From: an uncultured archaeon
GTDB lineage: Archaea; Asgardarchaeota; Lokiarchaeia; Sigyniarchaeales; SOKP01
Length of the DNA stretch: 64,000 nucleotides
Direction: 5' to 3'
NCBI GenBank assembly: GCA_964508365.1
Contig: CAZDTP010000004.1
Span: forward strand, 33,681 to 97,680
A program made the translations under genes and the position numbers. Under the pieces are notes generated by a model. The model saw only the letters and a program-made list of their open reading frames with translations, was not told the origin of the DNA and did no database searches. Positions 28,516 through 38,999 of this stretch are shown one piece after another. Within the stretch, counting starts at the first letter, position 1. Each line of letters begins with the position of its first letter.

Positions 28516-29043
28516 TTAGAGATTCTTCACTAAAGAAATTGCAAAATTCTTAGCGTTTTCGAGATCCTTTTCATTAGGGCGACCTTTAATTTTTTCTCTA
28601 TCTTTTTTCGCTTCCTCTCTTTGGTCTTCGGGCAATCTTTCTAACATAGCTAACTGAGTTTCTAAGGGAATACCTAAATTCTCGCCTACACAATCAAATT
28701 CACCTATAATTTCGCTATTATGCTTTTTAATAATATCAGTTATCCGTTTAAATGGTTCTTGATATAATTTTAAACTTGCATGCGTACAAAAATAAACAAA
28801 TTTTGCAGGGAGTTCAGGAACAGCCATTTTTATTATATTTAATATCGATTTATCAGTTCTGCTGGCATAAACTCCTGAACCTAAAAACAAAATATCATAT
28901 GAACTCAATGTTGTAGGGTCCACATCATTAGCAGGAATTAAGTCTACATCGCAGTCTGTTAACCCATCTTTCATGCTATTAGCCACTTTTTCGGTATTTC
29001 CCGTATTTGAAAAGAATGTAATTAATATCCTCAACATAATCAC
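28516..29043 (-). CDS. Flavodoxin-family protein
   Basis: FSNTGNTEKVA, LFLGSG, FCT, and KGRPNEKDLENAKNFA. Confidence 0.88.
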   Translation of the reverse strand: MIMLRILITFFSNTGNTEKVANSMKDGLTDCDVDLIPANDVDPTTLSSYDILFLGSGVYASRTDKSILNIIKMAVPELPAKFVYFCTHASLKLYQEPFKRITDIIKKHNSEIIGEFDCVGENLGIPLETQLAMLERLPEDQREEAKKDREKIKGRPNEKDLENAKNFAISLVKNL

Positions 29044-29134
29044 TAATCTCTTTTAATTAGTATAAAAATAAAAAATTATTATTATTTTTAGAATTTTTTA
29101 AAAGAAAAGCAATCTATAGATTTATGTCCCGAAA

Positions 29135-30037
29135 TTATAATTTTAAAGCATAGAAGTTTATAGCGTTCTCAACAGTTATTTTACTTACTTCTTGTTGAGA
29201 GGTATTGTGAGAATAAGCTATTGCCGCTATAGAGTATTTTACATTTAAAGGCACATTTATTGGCCCCCTTAGATAAGGGTGTTGGTAGTAACTATCTGTT
29301 TCTGTAACTAAAGCAGATAATGGAGATGGTTTTGTTACTCTACGCCATTTGTTAATCCCGTAAGCTGAACTTGGAACAGATAATGTGTAACCTTGTTTGG
29401 GCAAAAGTATTCCATACTCATCTGGACCTGAGAAACAATGCCACATTATGTGTTTAGGATTTATATTAAAATCTTTGACTATGTTAAGAATTTCTTTTGT
29501 CGCGCCATCCCTTTCATTATAACGGTGTTTAGGGTGGTCTCGATCGAACTCGTGTTCAGCCGCGTTTCTAACGTGCAGAACATACGGTTTATTAAACTCC
29601 TTTGTTAATTCGAATATTTTTTTTAGTTCTGTAACCTGCTTTTCTCTTTTTTCGAGAGTCTTTGCGTGATGAAAATCCAAACCAATTTCTCCAATTGCCA
29701 GAAATTTTTCTTGATAAATTTGAACATTTTCAACCCAGTCTTTCCAATCTCTATTATATAGGGATTTAGGTGTGAAGGTGACAGTTTGAGGTGCCCAACC
29801 AATTGTAAAACCAATTTTCTCCTTTCCTTTAACAAAATTTAGGATTAATTCAAGAGTACTGTTATTGATCGAGCTGGTTACTAAGTATACACCTCCATTA
29901 TTCAAGAAGTCTCGATATTGCTGCTCATCAGAAGGTAACCTATCGTTTTTTTTAGGTCGAGGGAATGGTAGATGACAATGAACATCGACAATTTTCAGAT
30001 TTTCTTCTGGTTCTGGGATGTTGATTTTCTTGGGCAT
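29135..30037 (-). CDS. tatD: TatD-family metal-dependent hydrolase/DNase
   Basis: DVHCH, GEIGLD, LHVR, HCFSG and ETDS. Confidence 0.88.
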   Translation of the reverse strand: MPKKINIPEPEENLKIVDVHCHLPFPRPKKNDRLPSDEQQYRDFLNNGGVYLVTSSINNSTLELILNFVKGKEKIGFTIGWAPQTVTFTPKSLYNRDWKDWVENVQIYQEKFLAIGEIGLDFHHAKTLEKREKQVTELKKIFELTKEFNKPYVLHVRNAAEHEFDRDHPKHRYNERDGATKEILNIVKDFNINPKHIMWHCFSGPDEYGILLPKQGYTLSVPSSAYGINKWRRVTKPSPLSALVTETDSYYQHPYLRGPINVPLNVKYSIAAIAYSHNTSQQEVSKITVENAINFYALKL

Positions 30038-30166
30038 AATGTCTCAAAACTATAATATGAAATTTATTTTATGATGAAGTTGTTCTAATAATTTAATCTT
30101 TGTTCAAATATCAAATTAAGGAGGGTAATAAAATTTTTAATCAATCAACTTTATTTAGATGATATA

Positions 30167-30580
30167 ATGACCGAACAATTAGATTCGAAACTAAAAGAGT
30201 TAGAAATTAAAAAACAGGAGTTACAACCTAAAATTGATGAGATTGAAACAAAAAAAGCTGAGGAAATGCAAGAATTAAACAGAAAATACGATCACATGAT
30301 CCAGGACGCTAACAGTGAAGTAGATGATTTTGAACAGCAAATTATGAACGAAATTATTGAATTATTTTCTAAAGCCGTGATGGATGAGTTTGACGCGAAA
30401 AGAAGTACAAGTGAATATATGGTTACAGAAGATTTTAAAGATTTTAGGAATGGTGTTTCGAAAATTGATCTTTTTCCAAGAGATTTAATAGATAGATTAG
30501 ATGATATCATCGAAGGCGGCCTTATAGAAAATATAGCCTACGACATAGAAAAAATAGAAGCAAAATATAAGAGAAAATAG
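30167..30580 (+). CDS. Hypothetical coiled-coil protein
   Basis: Clean ATG ORF, heptad-rich E/K content, followed by a T10 tract. Confidence 0.7.
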   Translation: MTEQLDSKLKELEIKKQELQPKIDEIETKKAEEMQELNRKYDHMIQDANSEVDDFEQQIMNEIIELFSKAVMDEFDAKRSTSEYMVTEDFKDFRNGVSKIDLFPRDLIDRLDDIIEGGLIENIAYDIEKIEAKYKRK

Positions 30581-30598
30581 AAAAGAAACTTAATTTCG

Positions 30599-30608
30599 TT
30601 TTTTTTTT
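30599..30608 (+). terminator. Oligo(T) archaeal terminator candidate
   Basis: T10 tract 18 nt after the stop at 30580. Confidence 0.5.
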
Positions 30609-30680
30609 ATTCATAATTATAACCGACTTTTAGGCTCATTCTTAGTAATACGTAGATAATAGTATGTTAAATATGCCTTT

Positions 30681-30872
30681 GTGAGGTTTAGCTTTTCAAG
30701 ATTAAGAAATAATAAGGAATTCGGTAAAATGGAAATATTTGAAGAAGAAATCGAGATTTATAATGCTAAAATGAGATTATTAACCTGGTTATACGACGAG
30801 ATTAAAATCCAATCAGATATATCCAAGGATTTACTTAACGAAAAAGGTCAAAAACTACCACTTAATCATTAA
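30681..30872 (+). CDS. Small hypothetical ORF or relic
   Basis: 63 aa with a GTG start; protein-like composition but no motif. Confidence 0.3.
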   Translation: MRFSFSRLRNNKEFGKMEIFEEEIEIYNAKMRLLTWLYDEIKIQSDISKDLLNEKGQKLPLNH

Positions 30873-30893
30873 TTCAATCGATTACTTATTTTG

Positions 30894-31457
30894 TTAACAT
30901 AAATTTAAAATTTCTTCAACAATTTTCATAATATAATGTAAGAAATCCTCTAATTTACCATTTCTTGGAATATGAATAAAAATCACAGGGTATTTATTTT
31001 TTGAAATATCTAAAGCCCAATAGTATATATAATTACATAAATAGAATCCAGGAAAATAAGAAATAGAGAGCTTTAAGATATATTTAAGAGCTTTATAAAT
31101 TTCTTTTATATTTAAAATTGTATTGAATTTTAAAGATTTTTTTATATTAATAAACCCCATTTTATAAAATCCATCCACATCTTTACCAAAAACCCAATTT
31201 AAGGATCGTTTTTCTAAATAAATTCTTTTTTTTGAATGGATTCCCATAAGTATAACTAAATATGGTTTTAATTTAATTGACTTAATATAGTCCAAATACG
31301 ACTCAACGCTCCTTTTCCAACTAACAGGTAAAATGATTTTTTCAACAGAATATTGTTGAAATTTATCATCAAAGTTTCTAACAATATCACCACTAAGATT
31401 TGAAGAAAGTTTACCGAATTTCTCAAAACCAGTTAAAAGGATCGTTTTTTTTATCAT
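30894..31457 (-). CDS. pcp: Pyroglutamyl-peptidase I (C15)
   Basis: LLTGFEKFG, LPVSW, IYLEK, YLCNYIYY and FIHIP (Glu-Cys-His). Confidence 0.85.
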   Translation of the reverse strand: MIKKTILLTGFEKFGKLSSNLSGDIVRNFDDKFQQYSVEKIILPVSWKRSVESYLDYIKSIKLKPYLVILMGIHSKKRIYLEKRSLNWVFGKDVDGFYKMGFINIKKSLKFNTILNIKEIYKALKYILKLSISYFPGFYLCNYIYYWALDISKNKYPVIFIHIPRNGKLEDFLHYIMKIVEEILNLC

Positions 31458-31507
31458 TTATCCATAAAGTGTAAAAAAAAGAATAAATATAATAAATATA
31501 AAAAATT

Positions 31508-31924
31508 TTAGCTGACTTGTTCTTTTAATTGCTCAGCTTCTAATTTGTCTAATTTTTTCATTAAAGCTCTTATATCTGTATCATAAGATTTTATTTTAGT
31601 CTTCTTTTCTTTAAGAATACTATCTAGTTTCTTGTTTAAGGCTTTAGCCTTTCCCTTAACTAAATTATCTAATTTTTTCTTTAATGAAGCTACTTCCACC
31701 GTTAACTTATTCATTTTCTTTGTCCATTCTTTAGATTTTTCTGTAGCTTCCTTTAAATCTACTTCTCCTACTTCGAGTTTAGATTTAGTGTCGTCAATTT
31801 TATCGTCAAAATCAGCTTCGATTTCTTTTTCAGCCGAAGCTTCTTTTTTAGAAGCATCTTCTTCAACTCTCGTGATTTCATCTTCCTTTTCAGAGATTTG
31901 AGATCTTATATCTTGTTCTGACAT
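31508..31924 (-). CDS. Hypothetical coiled-coil protein (acidic N-half, basic C-half)
   Basis: Clean ORF with heptad pattern. Confidence 0.7.
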   Translation of the reverse strand: MSEQDIRSQISEKEDEITRVEEDASKKEASAEKEIEADFDDKIDDTKSKLEVGEVDLKEATEKSKEWTKKMNKLTVEVASLKKKLDNLVKGKAKALNKKLDSILKEKKTKIKSYDTDIRALMKKLDKLEAEQLKEQVS

Positions 31925-32079
31925 TATTATTTCTCATTTATTATTTCTTTTTTCTATATATTTGGATATATTCGCTACCTTAAAAATTATTAAGATTGAA
32001 TTCTAAATAGCTCCGCTTACAAAAGATAAAAAGAAAAAAGGTCTATATTTAAAATACCGCAAAATTTTTATTGCTTAAT

Positions 32080-33108
32080 CTATTCCAAAGATTCTCCGAG
32101 TGCTAATCGGCAGAGATCACTAAGGATATAATTTTTCAACCCTTTTCGCTCAACTTTCGAGCCTAAGCTTTCCTTACACAAAGAACAATTATACACACAT
32201 GCTTCAGCATCATGGTTTATCATATCGTTTATGTTATCGTCTTGAGCTTTGCGTACTAAAGATTTTTTCCCAACAGTTGCGAAAATACCTGCACAGCACA
32301 TAGCATTTTCTCGATCATATTCTCTCTGCACCCTCTCAACACCAATTAAATTGCATACTTTATCAACCCAATCATCAACTTCAGGTATAAAACGATTTGA
32401 GCAGGATCTTTGATAGGCTATTTTCATACCTAACGGTTTAATATTAGATTCATGTTCTTTTAAGTATTTATAGAGATATTCGTAGATATGAATTGGTTTA
32501 AATCCTGGTGGAAGCTCAATGTTGTTACGAGGACAATAAGAAGCATAGAATCCATAGCATTCGTCGTGAAAGCAAATCATTTCTTTAATACCTTGAGCTT
32601 TGATATTTTCTAATATTATTGGAGCCCTTTCTTTAATGACAGAATCTCTTCCGTAATGATGATACATCAAGTTGCAAAAAAAGTCAAGACCACTAACATA
32701 TTGAAGATTTTCAAAGAGCTGCCCTTCCATCTGTTTCGCATTCACTTTACTAAGTCCACACTTATTTAATACTGGTTTATTAGGGTCAATTTCCTTTAAT
32801 CTCAATTGATCGTGTGGAGCAAATCTATTAATTGTACTCTCAAGAATATTAGGGTTTATGTTTAAAGAATTATATTTTTCTTGTAATTCTGTTATTAGAT
32901 CGAAGGGATGAGATTCATAAGGACAATATTCATCACACGCAAAACAAGTAACACAATCAGATAACACTCGAGATTCCTCTCCGTTAATCATTTTAGTTTT
33001 TTCTGCTCGTGCTTCTTCAACATTGTTAAATTCCATCCATTGACACCGAGTCAAACAGTCTACATTTTCGCATTTATCACAATTAGATTCGTCGAAAATT
33101 TTCTTCAC
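32080..33108 (-). CDS. Fe-S / CCG-domain protein (342 aa)
   Basis: CDKC...C...C, CVTCFACDEYCP, CFHDEC, QRSC, MCCAG and YNCSLC. Confidence 0.83.
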   Translation of the reverse strand: MKKIFDESNCDKCENVDCLTRCQWMEFNNVEEARAEKTKMINGEESRVLSDCVTCFACDEYCPYESHPFDLITELQEKYNSLNINPNILESTINRFAPHDQLRLKEIDPNKPVLNKCGLSKVNAKQMEGQLFENLQYVSGLDFFCNLMYHHYGRDSVIKERAPIILENIKAQGIKEMICFHDECYGFYASYCPRNNIELPPGFKPIHIYEYLYKYLKEHESNIKPLGMKIAYQRSCSNRFIPEVDDWVDKVCNLIGVERVQREYDRENAMCCAGIFATVGKKSLVRKAQDDNINDMINHDAEACVYNCSLCKESLGSKVERKGLKNYILSDLCRLALGESLE

Positions 33109-33174
33109 CCTTTTACATTTTAATTTGATTTGTGTATATGAATTTCTCTATGTTATTAATAATTACGATGGAAT

Positions 33175-33184
33175 AAAAAAAAAA
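33175..33184 (-). terminator. Oligo(T) terminator candidate
   Basis: A10 on + (T10 on -) just downstream of the stop at 33203. Confidence 0.45.
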
Positions 33185-33202
33185 GAAAAAAACAAGGTAA
33201 GC

Positions 33203-34231
33203 TTAATATTCCAACTTTTCCCCTAAAGCGAGCCTTGCTAAGTCACTAATAAAATAAGATTTCATTCCCTTAGCAATGACCTTCTTTTCTATCGTATCTT
33301 TACACGCGGGGCAATTGAATATACAAACCTCAGCACCATAGTCTACCATGTCCTGAACATTATCATTTTGAGTCTTCCGAGCTAGATCTTTATGACCTCT
33401 CATTGAAAAGGCTCCGGCGCAACATACACCGTTTTCTCTATCGTATTTCCTCGCAACCCGTTCTACCCCGATAAGTTCGCATATATCATCAAGAATTTTA
33501 TCAGTCTCAGGAATGTAACGATTGGAACAGTTTCGCTGATAAGCCGCTTTTAAGTTTAATTTCTTAATATCGGATTCATGATCCTTAAGATAATTATAAA
33601 CGTATTCAAAAATATGGACAGGTTTAAAAGGCACTTCAAGTTTGTTCCTTTGACAATATGAGGTATACAATCCATAGCATTCGTCATGCCAACAGATAAC
33701 TTCAGTATCCTTATTAACACCAGTTTTTATGAAGTTTTCAAGAATCTGTGGTACCCTTTCTTTGATTATGGAAGGTTTTGCTACGTGTTGATATACTAAT
33801 TGACAAAAGTAATGTAAACCACCAACTGATTGCAGATCATCAAACATTGGCCCACTCATTTCCTTTGCATTCGTTTTAGGGAATGCACATTTATTTAAAA
33901 TAGGTTTTTCAGGATCAATCGGGCGCGGTACAAATTCTTTCTTTGATTTATATGTATCGATTGTCATTTGAGCTACTCCAGGTGAAATATTTTGAGAATT
34001 ATATTTCTCTTGCAACTCATTTATAAGGTCAAAAGGATGTGAATGATATGGGCAATACTCATCACAAGCAAAACACAGCATACAATCCTTCAAAATGCGA
34101 CAATCCTCATCTTTGTTAATCAATTTAGCAACTTCTTTCTTAGCAGCTTCGATACTCTCAAAATTGATCCATTGACACTTCATCATACAAGCAACTGTTT
34201 TACATTCTTCACAATGCGATTTGTCAAACAT
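33203..34231 (-). CDS. Fe-S / CCG-domain protein (342 aa), tandem paralog of 32080
   Basis: Same length and Cys pattern (CMLCFACDEYCP, CWHDEC, QRNC, VCCAG, FNCPAC). Confidence 0.83.
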   Translation of the reverse strand: MFDKSHCEECKTVACMMKCQWINFESIEAAKKEVAKLINKDEDCRILKDCMLCFACDEYCPYHSHPFDLINELQEKYNSQNISPGVAQMTIDTYKSKKEFVPRPIDPEKPILNKCAFPKTNAKEMSGPMFDDLQSVGGLHYFCQLVYQHVAKPSIIKERVPQILENFIKTGVNKDTEVICWHDECYGLYTSYCQRNKLEVPFKPVHIFEYVYNYLKDHESDIKKLNLKAAYQRNCSNRYIPETDKILDDICELIGVERVARKYDRENGVCCAGAFSMRGHKDLARKTQNDNVQDMVDYGAEVCIFNCPACKDTIEKKVIAKGMKSYFISDLARLALGEKLEY

Positions 34232-34325
34232 ATTAATACAGCTTTTTGTTATTTTGAATAATTATTATTATTTTTTTATTAGTTTTAATCGTACTACAAC
34301 CATTATTAAGTTTATTTATGGGATA

Positions 34326-34841
34326 TTATTCTTCAACAGTGAATTCCCAGGCACAATAATAGTTATCAGGATGTTGATCAGGGGGGCAACATATGCATCT
34401 TGTTTGAATTCTTGGATCAATAGTTTTAGCAAAATCTCCGTATTCAATGACCCCCACTGGTTTACATGGAAAATCTGGAAGGTTTCTAGTTTTTCGGGCG
34501 TGTTGAACCCGGCAATTATTCATTCGAAACACACATCTATTTTCAGATACTTCCACAATTTCTTGTATGTTGATATTAGCATACACTCGGAATTTAAGAG
34601 CTTTGGTTAATGCTAGGATTCCTCCATTTTCTGATAGATTAAATCGCTTCATTATCCTTTTTGCTTCAATAACGGTGAAGCGTTTCCACTGTGCAACATC
34701 AAGCTCAATAGCTTTATCCAATCCAAACTCTTTCTCAACAATCTGGAACCAAGTACCGTCGATTGCAAGCCAATTCTTACTTAAATCTTCAATATAATCC
34801 ATCAATTCTTCTTTTGAAAGTCCTTCTAAATCCTGTTTCAT
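34326..34841 (-). CDS. DUF6125-family (V4R/HNOX-like) protein
   Basis: WLAIDGTWFQ, CVFRMNNCRVQ, FPCKPVG and CICCPPD...CAWEF. Confidence 0.8.
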   Translation of the reverse strand: MKQDLEGLSKEELMDYIEDLSKNWLAIDGTWFQIVEKEFGLDKAIELDVAQWKRFTVIEAKRIMKRFNLSENGGILALTKALKFRVYANINIQEIVEVSENRCVFRMNNCRVQHARKTRNLPDFPCKPVGVIEYGDFAKTIDPRIQTRCICCPPDQHPDNYYCAWEFTVEE

Positions 34842-34864
34842 TATTTAATCTCTCTTCTTTATTT

Positions 34865-36580
34865 TCATTCTTTTTCTTTCCATAACTCGCGCAATAAATG
34901 TGCTGCTATTTTAGGTCTTCTATCTCGAGTAAACACGCCTTTATAGTTAATCCCCCCCATTCGAGTAATTCCTTGAGATGTTTTAAAATCACACAGATTC
35001 CAAATATGCTCTCCAATAACATAAGATTTACTCCGACAGACTTCAATATATTTTTCTATGAATTCTTTTTGATATTCCTCGCTAAACATTTCAGGGGGTT
35101 GAGAATGCCATCCAGGAATCGTATCCGCTCCAAATTCGCTCAAAATTATCGGTTTCTGATATTTTTCATATAGTTTATCCATTTCTTTTGAAAGAATCTC
35201 GCTACCTTCATCAATATTTCCTGGTTGCGTGTACCAACCATAATATCGGTTTATACATAATATGTCACAGAATTCAAAAGCTTTTTCTCTCACACCCATC
35301 ATGTTAACAACTGTTATGGGTCTTGTATCATCCAATTCTTTCGTTCTGCTATATAATGTTTTAAAAAATTCTCCAGATTTCAAACTGTTATGGGGTTCAT
35401 TTGCCAGGCTCCACATTATAACGCTTGGATGGTTTTTATCTCTCTTTATCAATTCCTCAATGTATTGATTGCATAATTCTAGTTGTCTATCAATTACATC
35501 TTTACTAAATGTGAGACCTACAGCAGGAATTTCGTCAATGACTAAAAAACCAAGACGATCTGCTAAATCCATCATTTGTTCTGAGTACGGATAATGCGAA
35601 GTTCGGAAGGAGTTAGCTCCGATCCAATTCATCAAAGAGTAGTCTTTAATTATTACTGCAGGAACATATCCCCTCCCAGTAATTGGAAAATCCTCGTGAC
35701 GCCCAAATCCTGTTAAATAAACGGGTTTACCATTTAGTAGCAACTTGTCTCCATCTACTTCGATAGTCCGAATTCCTACTTTAAGCGAATAAGAATCTAT
35801 TATAGTATCCTCCTTAATAATGTCAACGGTTAGATCGTATAAATTGGGCGATTCTATATTCCAAAACTTCGCTCCTCCATTTACTTCTAAAATCATTTTT
35901 TGAATATTGTGCTCTATTTTCGAGGTATTAGTTATTTCTGATCCAAATCCTTTTAGATAGAGATTCACATAGGCATCATTAACACCCGTAGTTTCTATTG
36001 TAACATCTAAAATTCCCGTCATATCGTTTATAGATGTTCTAACAGTTATGTCTCTTATTCCTTCGTTAGGAATAGAATATAACAATACCGGTCTATGAAT
36101 TCCGCAGAATGGATAAAAGTCATAGTTAGTTTGAGGATTGTTCATTGGACGCCCACTCGGTGGTACGTATTTGTGAGATAATCTCCCGTCTACTCTAACA
36201 ACAAGAAGATTATCTTCCGATACGATATTGTTAGATATATCATATTCGAAAGGTAGATGTCCCCCTTCGTGATGTCCTACGGGTTCTCTATTTAACCACA
36301 CATCGGATAAGTAATTAACCGAACCAAACCTAATCATGGTTTTCTTTGAATCCCATTCCCAGGGTTTCTTAAATCTTAGTTGATACCAAGCAGGTCCTAA
36401 AAAATCTCGGTCGTCAGCAAATTGATCGTTCCAACTGGCAGGTACGGCTATTGGCCATCCATTTTTAAATCCCTTGGTCCAATCTTCTCTAACTCCTTTA
36501 TCATCGGGGTCAAATCGAAATTCCCAAAATCCAGATAGGTCAAAAAAATGACGATACTTATTTCCTTGTGGATAAAGCAT
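34865..36580 (-). CDS. uidA: Beta-glucuronidase (GH2)
   Basis: GFGRHED, FRTSHYP, WSLANEP (acid/base Glu), NRYYGWY, SEFGAD (nucleophile Glu) and NYKG (N-x-K glucuronidase signature). Confidence 0.9.
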   Translation of the reverse strand: MLYPQGNKYRHFFDLSGFWEFRFDPDDKGVREDWTKGFKNGWPIAVPASWNDQFADDRDFLGPAWYQLRFKKPWEWDSKKTMIRFGSVNYLSDVWLNREPVGHHEGGHLPFEYDISNNIVSEDNLLVVRVDGRLSHKYVPPSGRPMNNPQTNYDFYPFCGIHRPVLLYSIPNEGIRDITVRTSINDMTGILDVTIETTGVNDAYVNLYLKGFGSEITNTSKIEHNIQKMILEVNGGAKFWNIESPNLYDLTVDIIKEDTIIDSYSLKVGIRTIEVDGDKLLLNGKPVYLTGFGRHEDFPITGRGYVPAVIIKDYSLMNWIGANSFRTSHYPYSEQMMDLADRLGFLVIDEIPAVGLTFSKDVIDRQLELCNQYIEELIKRDKNHPSVIMWSLANEPHNSLKSGEFFKTLYSRTKELDDTRPITVVNMMGVREKAFEFCDILCINRYYGWYTQPGNIDEGSEILSKEMDKLYEKYQKPIILSEFGADTIPGWHSQPPEMFSEEYQKEFIEKYIEVCRSKSYVIGEHIWNLCDFKTSQGITRMGGINYKGVFTRDRRPKIAAHLLRELWKEKE

Positions 36581-36679
36581 TAAAATTCCTCTTTATGAGT
36601 AATAAATTACAAAAAACTCCTTAAAATATTAATATAATTAAATCCTCTCAACTAAAGTAAAGTCTGAACAAACAAACGT

Positions 36680-36820
36680 TTAAGAGGTTTGATGCCAATT
36701 ACCGTTTATAGCCAACCGTTCTTTAGTTAAATCTTCAATGTAATTGATTATTTCTTCTTTAGAAAAACTTTCTAAATTTCTTAAGCTATTAAATACTAAT
36801 TTAGACTTTTAAATGACCAT
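36680..36820 (-). pseudogene. 5' relic of a DUF6125 paralog
   Basis: MVI*KSK...NLESFSKEEIINYIEDLTKERLAINGNWHQTS* aligns with DLEGLSKEELMDYIEDLSKNWLAIDGTWFQ of 34326..34841. Confidence 0.8.
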
Positions 36821-36940
36821 TTTATTACGGAGTGTTTTAATCTTTATACATATTTGTTTAAAACTTATAAATTAATTATTCCTATCTTTATTATATATTG
36901 AAATTCAAAATATTTTGTTTAAGAGAGAGTTAGGAGTTTC

Positions 36941-37564
36941 ATGAGCTCGCAAATAAGTTGTCCGAAGTGTGGTAAGGTAAATCTTATTAAAAATAAATAT
37001 TGCATCGAATGTGGGTTTCGATTTGAAGGAAATGATCTTGTTGAGTTTCAAATTCTTGAAAATTTAAAAACAAGTCTCTATTCAAGCATAATATGCATCT
37101 TGATTTTTGTCGCTTTTATGATCTTTGTAACTGTTGGATTTATTTTTCAATTTGGCTTATATGGATGTATTTCAATTTTAGTAATTTGGCCAATAACTAT
37201 AGGTTTTTTAGTGTGGGCAAAATATTATTTCAAAGGGCTTTCAAAGGATAGGAGATTTACAATTACTAAAGATTTTATTGAAATAATTGTTCCTCTTAAG
37301 CCTGCCTTTCAAATAAGATGGTCTGAATTTGATTCTATTGAAATCACAAAACGAGACTCAATGACAACAATACCAACTGGAGATGGAATTATATTAGGAC
37401 CTAGTTTTGTATACTTTACCTTGATTTTTAAAGGAAAAAATATAGATCGCAGTTATGAATTTGAGTCAGGGAAAGATTTTAAAGTGAGATCGAGAAAAAA
37501 AATAGTAATTGCTTTAGAACAATCCTCTAAAGAAAGAGGAAAGGATTTTACACGATGGAGATAG
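36941..37564 (+). CDS. Zinc-ribbon membrane protein
   Basis: CPKCG...CIECG, two TM helices and a soluble beta-rich C-terminus. Confidence 0.75.
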   Translation: MSSQISCPKCGKVNLIKNKYCIECGFRFEGNDLVEFQILENLKTSLYSSIICILIFVAFMIFVTVGFIFQFGLYGCISILVIWPITIGFLVWAKYYFKGLSKDRRFTITKDFIEIIVPLKPAFQIRWSEFDSIEITKRDSMTTIPTGDGIILGPSFVYFTLIFKGKNIDRSYEFESGKDFKVRSRKKIVIALEQSSKERGKDFTRWR

Positions 37565-37646
37565 TCGAACAGGAAGCGGATAAAAAAGGCATATATTTAG
37601 TATGTAAAGGATAGTTAAAATTAAATATTTTAGATTTAAAAGAGAT

Positions 37647-38933
37647 TTATAGTAATGTCTGAGTAAATAATCTAATCTTATCCTTGATGATTTTTTCAGA
37701 TGTCATCCGTTTATCTCCTACATCTAAATCAATAAGGAGCATCGGGATTCCTACCTCGTCTCTTAAAGCCTCTCTAAGTATTTGGGGCACACTTCCGAAT
37801 TGCTTACAGCCTAAATGAGAGGTAAAAATATAACAATCAGCGGAGAACTCTTTAGCTAAATGAACACACTCATCAATGAAAGAGTAATAAAATTCTGCAG
37901 ATTGTTTTACCATTGGTGCTTCCATGGTCTTAATTGCCATCCCATTAAACATCGTTTCCAAATCTGAGGTAGTATTAATAGGTTCTGCAAAGTTATAATT
38001 GAAAATATCAAACAAAATAGACATCCCTAGCTCACGATCTAACCACTCACACAATCCTAAATCGAAAAAAATGATCATGTAGGGCCATATACTTCGAATT
38101 TTTTCTTCTCCGCCATGATGTTCTTTTAATTTGTATCTTTTTTTTGCTAAAGCAAGCATTTCTTCATAGAATGTAATCTTTTCTGGACGCCCAGATAAAT
38201 ATATAGCGGCAGCGGCAGCCATGGCATTGAACATGTTTTCAACAGGACAAGGTAATGCTTTTTTCAACTCAAATATCTCCATCTGCATGCTAAAAATTTG
38301 ATTTTCAATTTCTATAGCTCTTCGTAACTTGTCATAATCGGGTTCTTGTCCAATTACCCTACCTAATTCTTCCAAACCCAATTTGATTTGTTTTCCGAGA
38401 TAAGGATAGCTCTTTTCCTCTTTTAGAAATGGTAAATCAGGCGTGATAACAGGTATTTTTTTATAATAGCGGAACCATGGATATGACGCATAAGTATTAT
38501 CGCAGGGAGCTGTAGGAGTAATAATTGCATCAAATCGAAATAAATCATCTAAAGTCATTCCCATTGTTCCTTTTTGTGAGGAACATGTATGAAATGGATG
38601 TCCCCAATGTGTAATTAGATCATAATATGGTTCTGAACCATCAGGTAATAATGCAGAAAGTAAATATGATGTCGCTTCAATGCATACCGGAACACAGTCA
38701 AAAGCATATAAAAATTCCGTGGGAAATGAAAAATGATGACCTATTACGGGCAATCCTTCTCTTTCCTTTATTATAAAATCATTTATAACCGATTTTACGT
38801 GTTTTAATCCCGATCTTAATGATGGAATTCCATAGTGTGGTAAAATATTTTCGACTAAACTATGCGTTACAGAGATGGCTTCATATAACATTTGATATGG
38901 AATTATTCTGTTTTTTTGCTCTTGAATAACCAT
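37647..38933 (-). CDS. 2-hydroxyacyl-CoA dehydratase family subunit (HgdA/FldB-like)
   Basis: HTCSSQKG, TAPCDN, HLGCKQ and IDLDVGD. Confidence 0.82.
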   Translation of the reverse strand: MVIQEQKNRIIPYQMLYEAISVTHSLVENILPHYGIPSLRSGLKHVKSVINDFIIKEREGLPVIGHHFSFPTEFLYAFDCVPVCIEATSYLLSALLPDGSEPYYDLITHWGHPFHTCSSQKGTMGMTLDDLFRFDAIITPTAPCDNTYASYPWFRYYKKIPVITPDLPFLKEEKSYPYLGKQIKLGLEELGRVIGQEPDYDKLRRAIEIENQIFSMQMEIFELKKALPCPVENMFNAMAAAAAIYLSGRPEKITFYEEMLALAKKRYKLKEHHGGEEKIRSIWPYMIIFFDLGLCEWLDRELGMSILFDIFNYNFAEPINTTSDLETMFNGMAIKTMEAPMVKQSAEFYYSFIDECVHLAKEFSADCYIFTSHLGCKQFGSVPQILREALRDEVGIPMLLIDLDVGDKRMTSEKIIKDKIRLFTQTLL

Positions 38934-38999
38934 TATAGACCTAATCCAAGTATCGTTACTATCATAAGGTAATATTATATATTAGTTATTGCAAGTAAT

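Noticed and set aside
30167-31924. Coiled-coil proteins as ESCRT-III/Snf7 homologs
   Set aside because: Too short, with no recognisable Snf7 motif. 31508 has acidic-N/basic-C polarity, the reverse of ESCRT-III.
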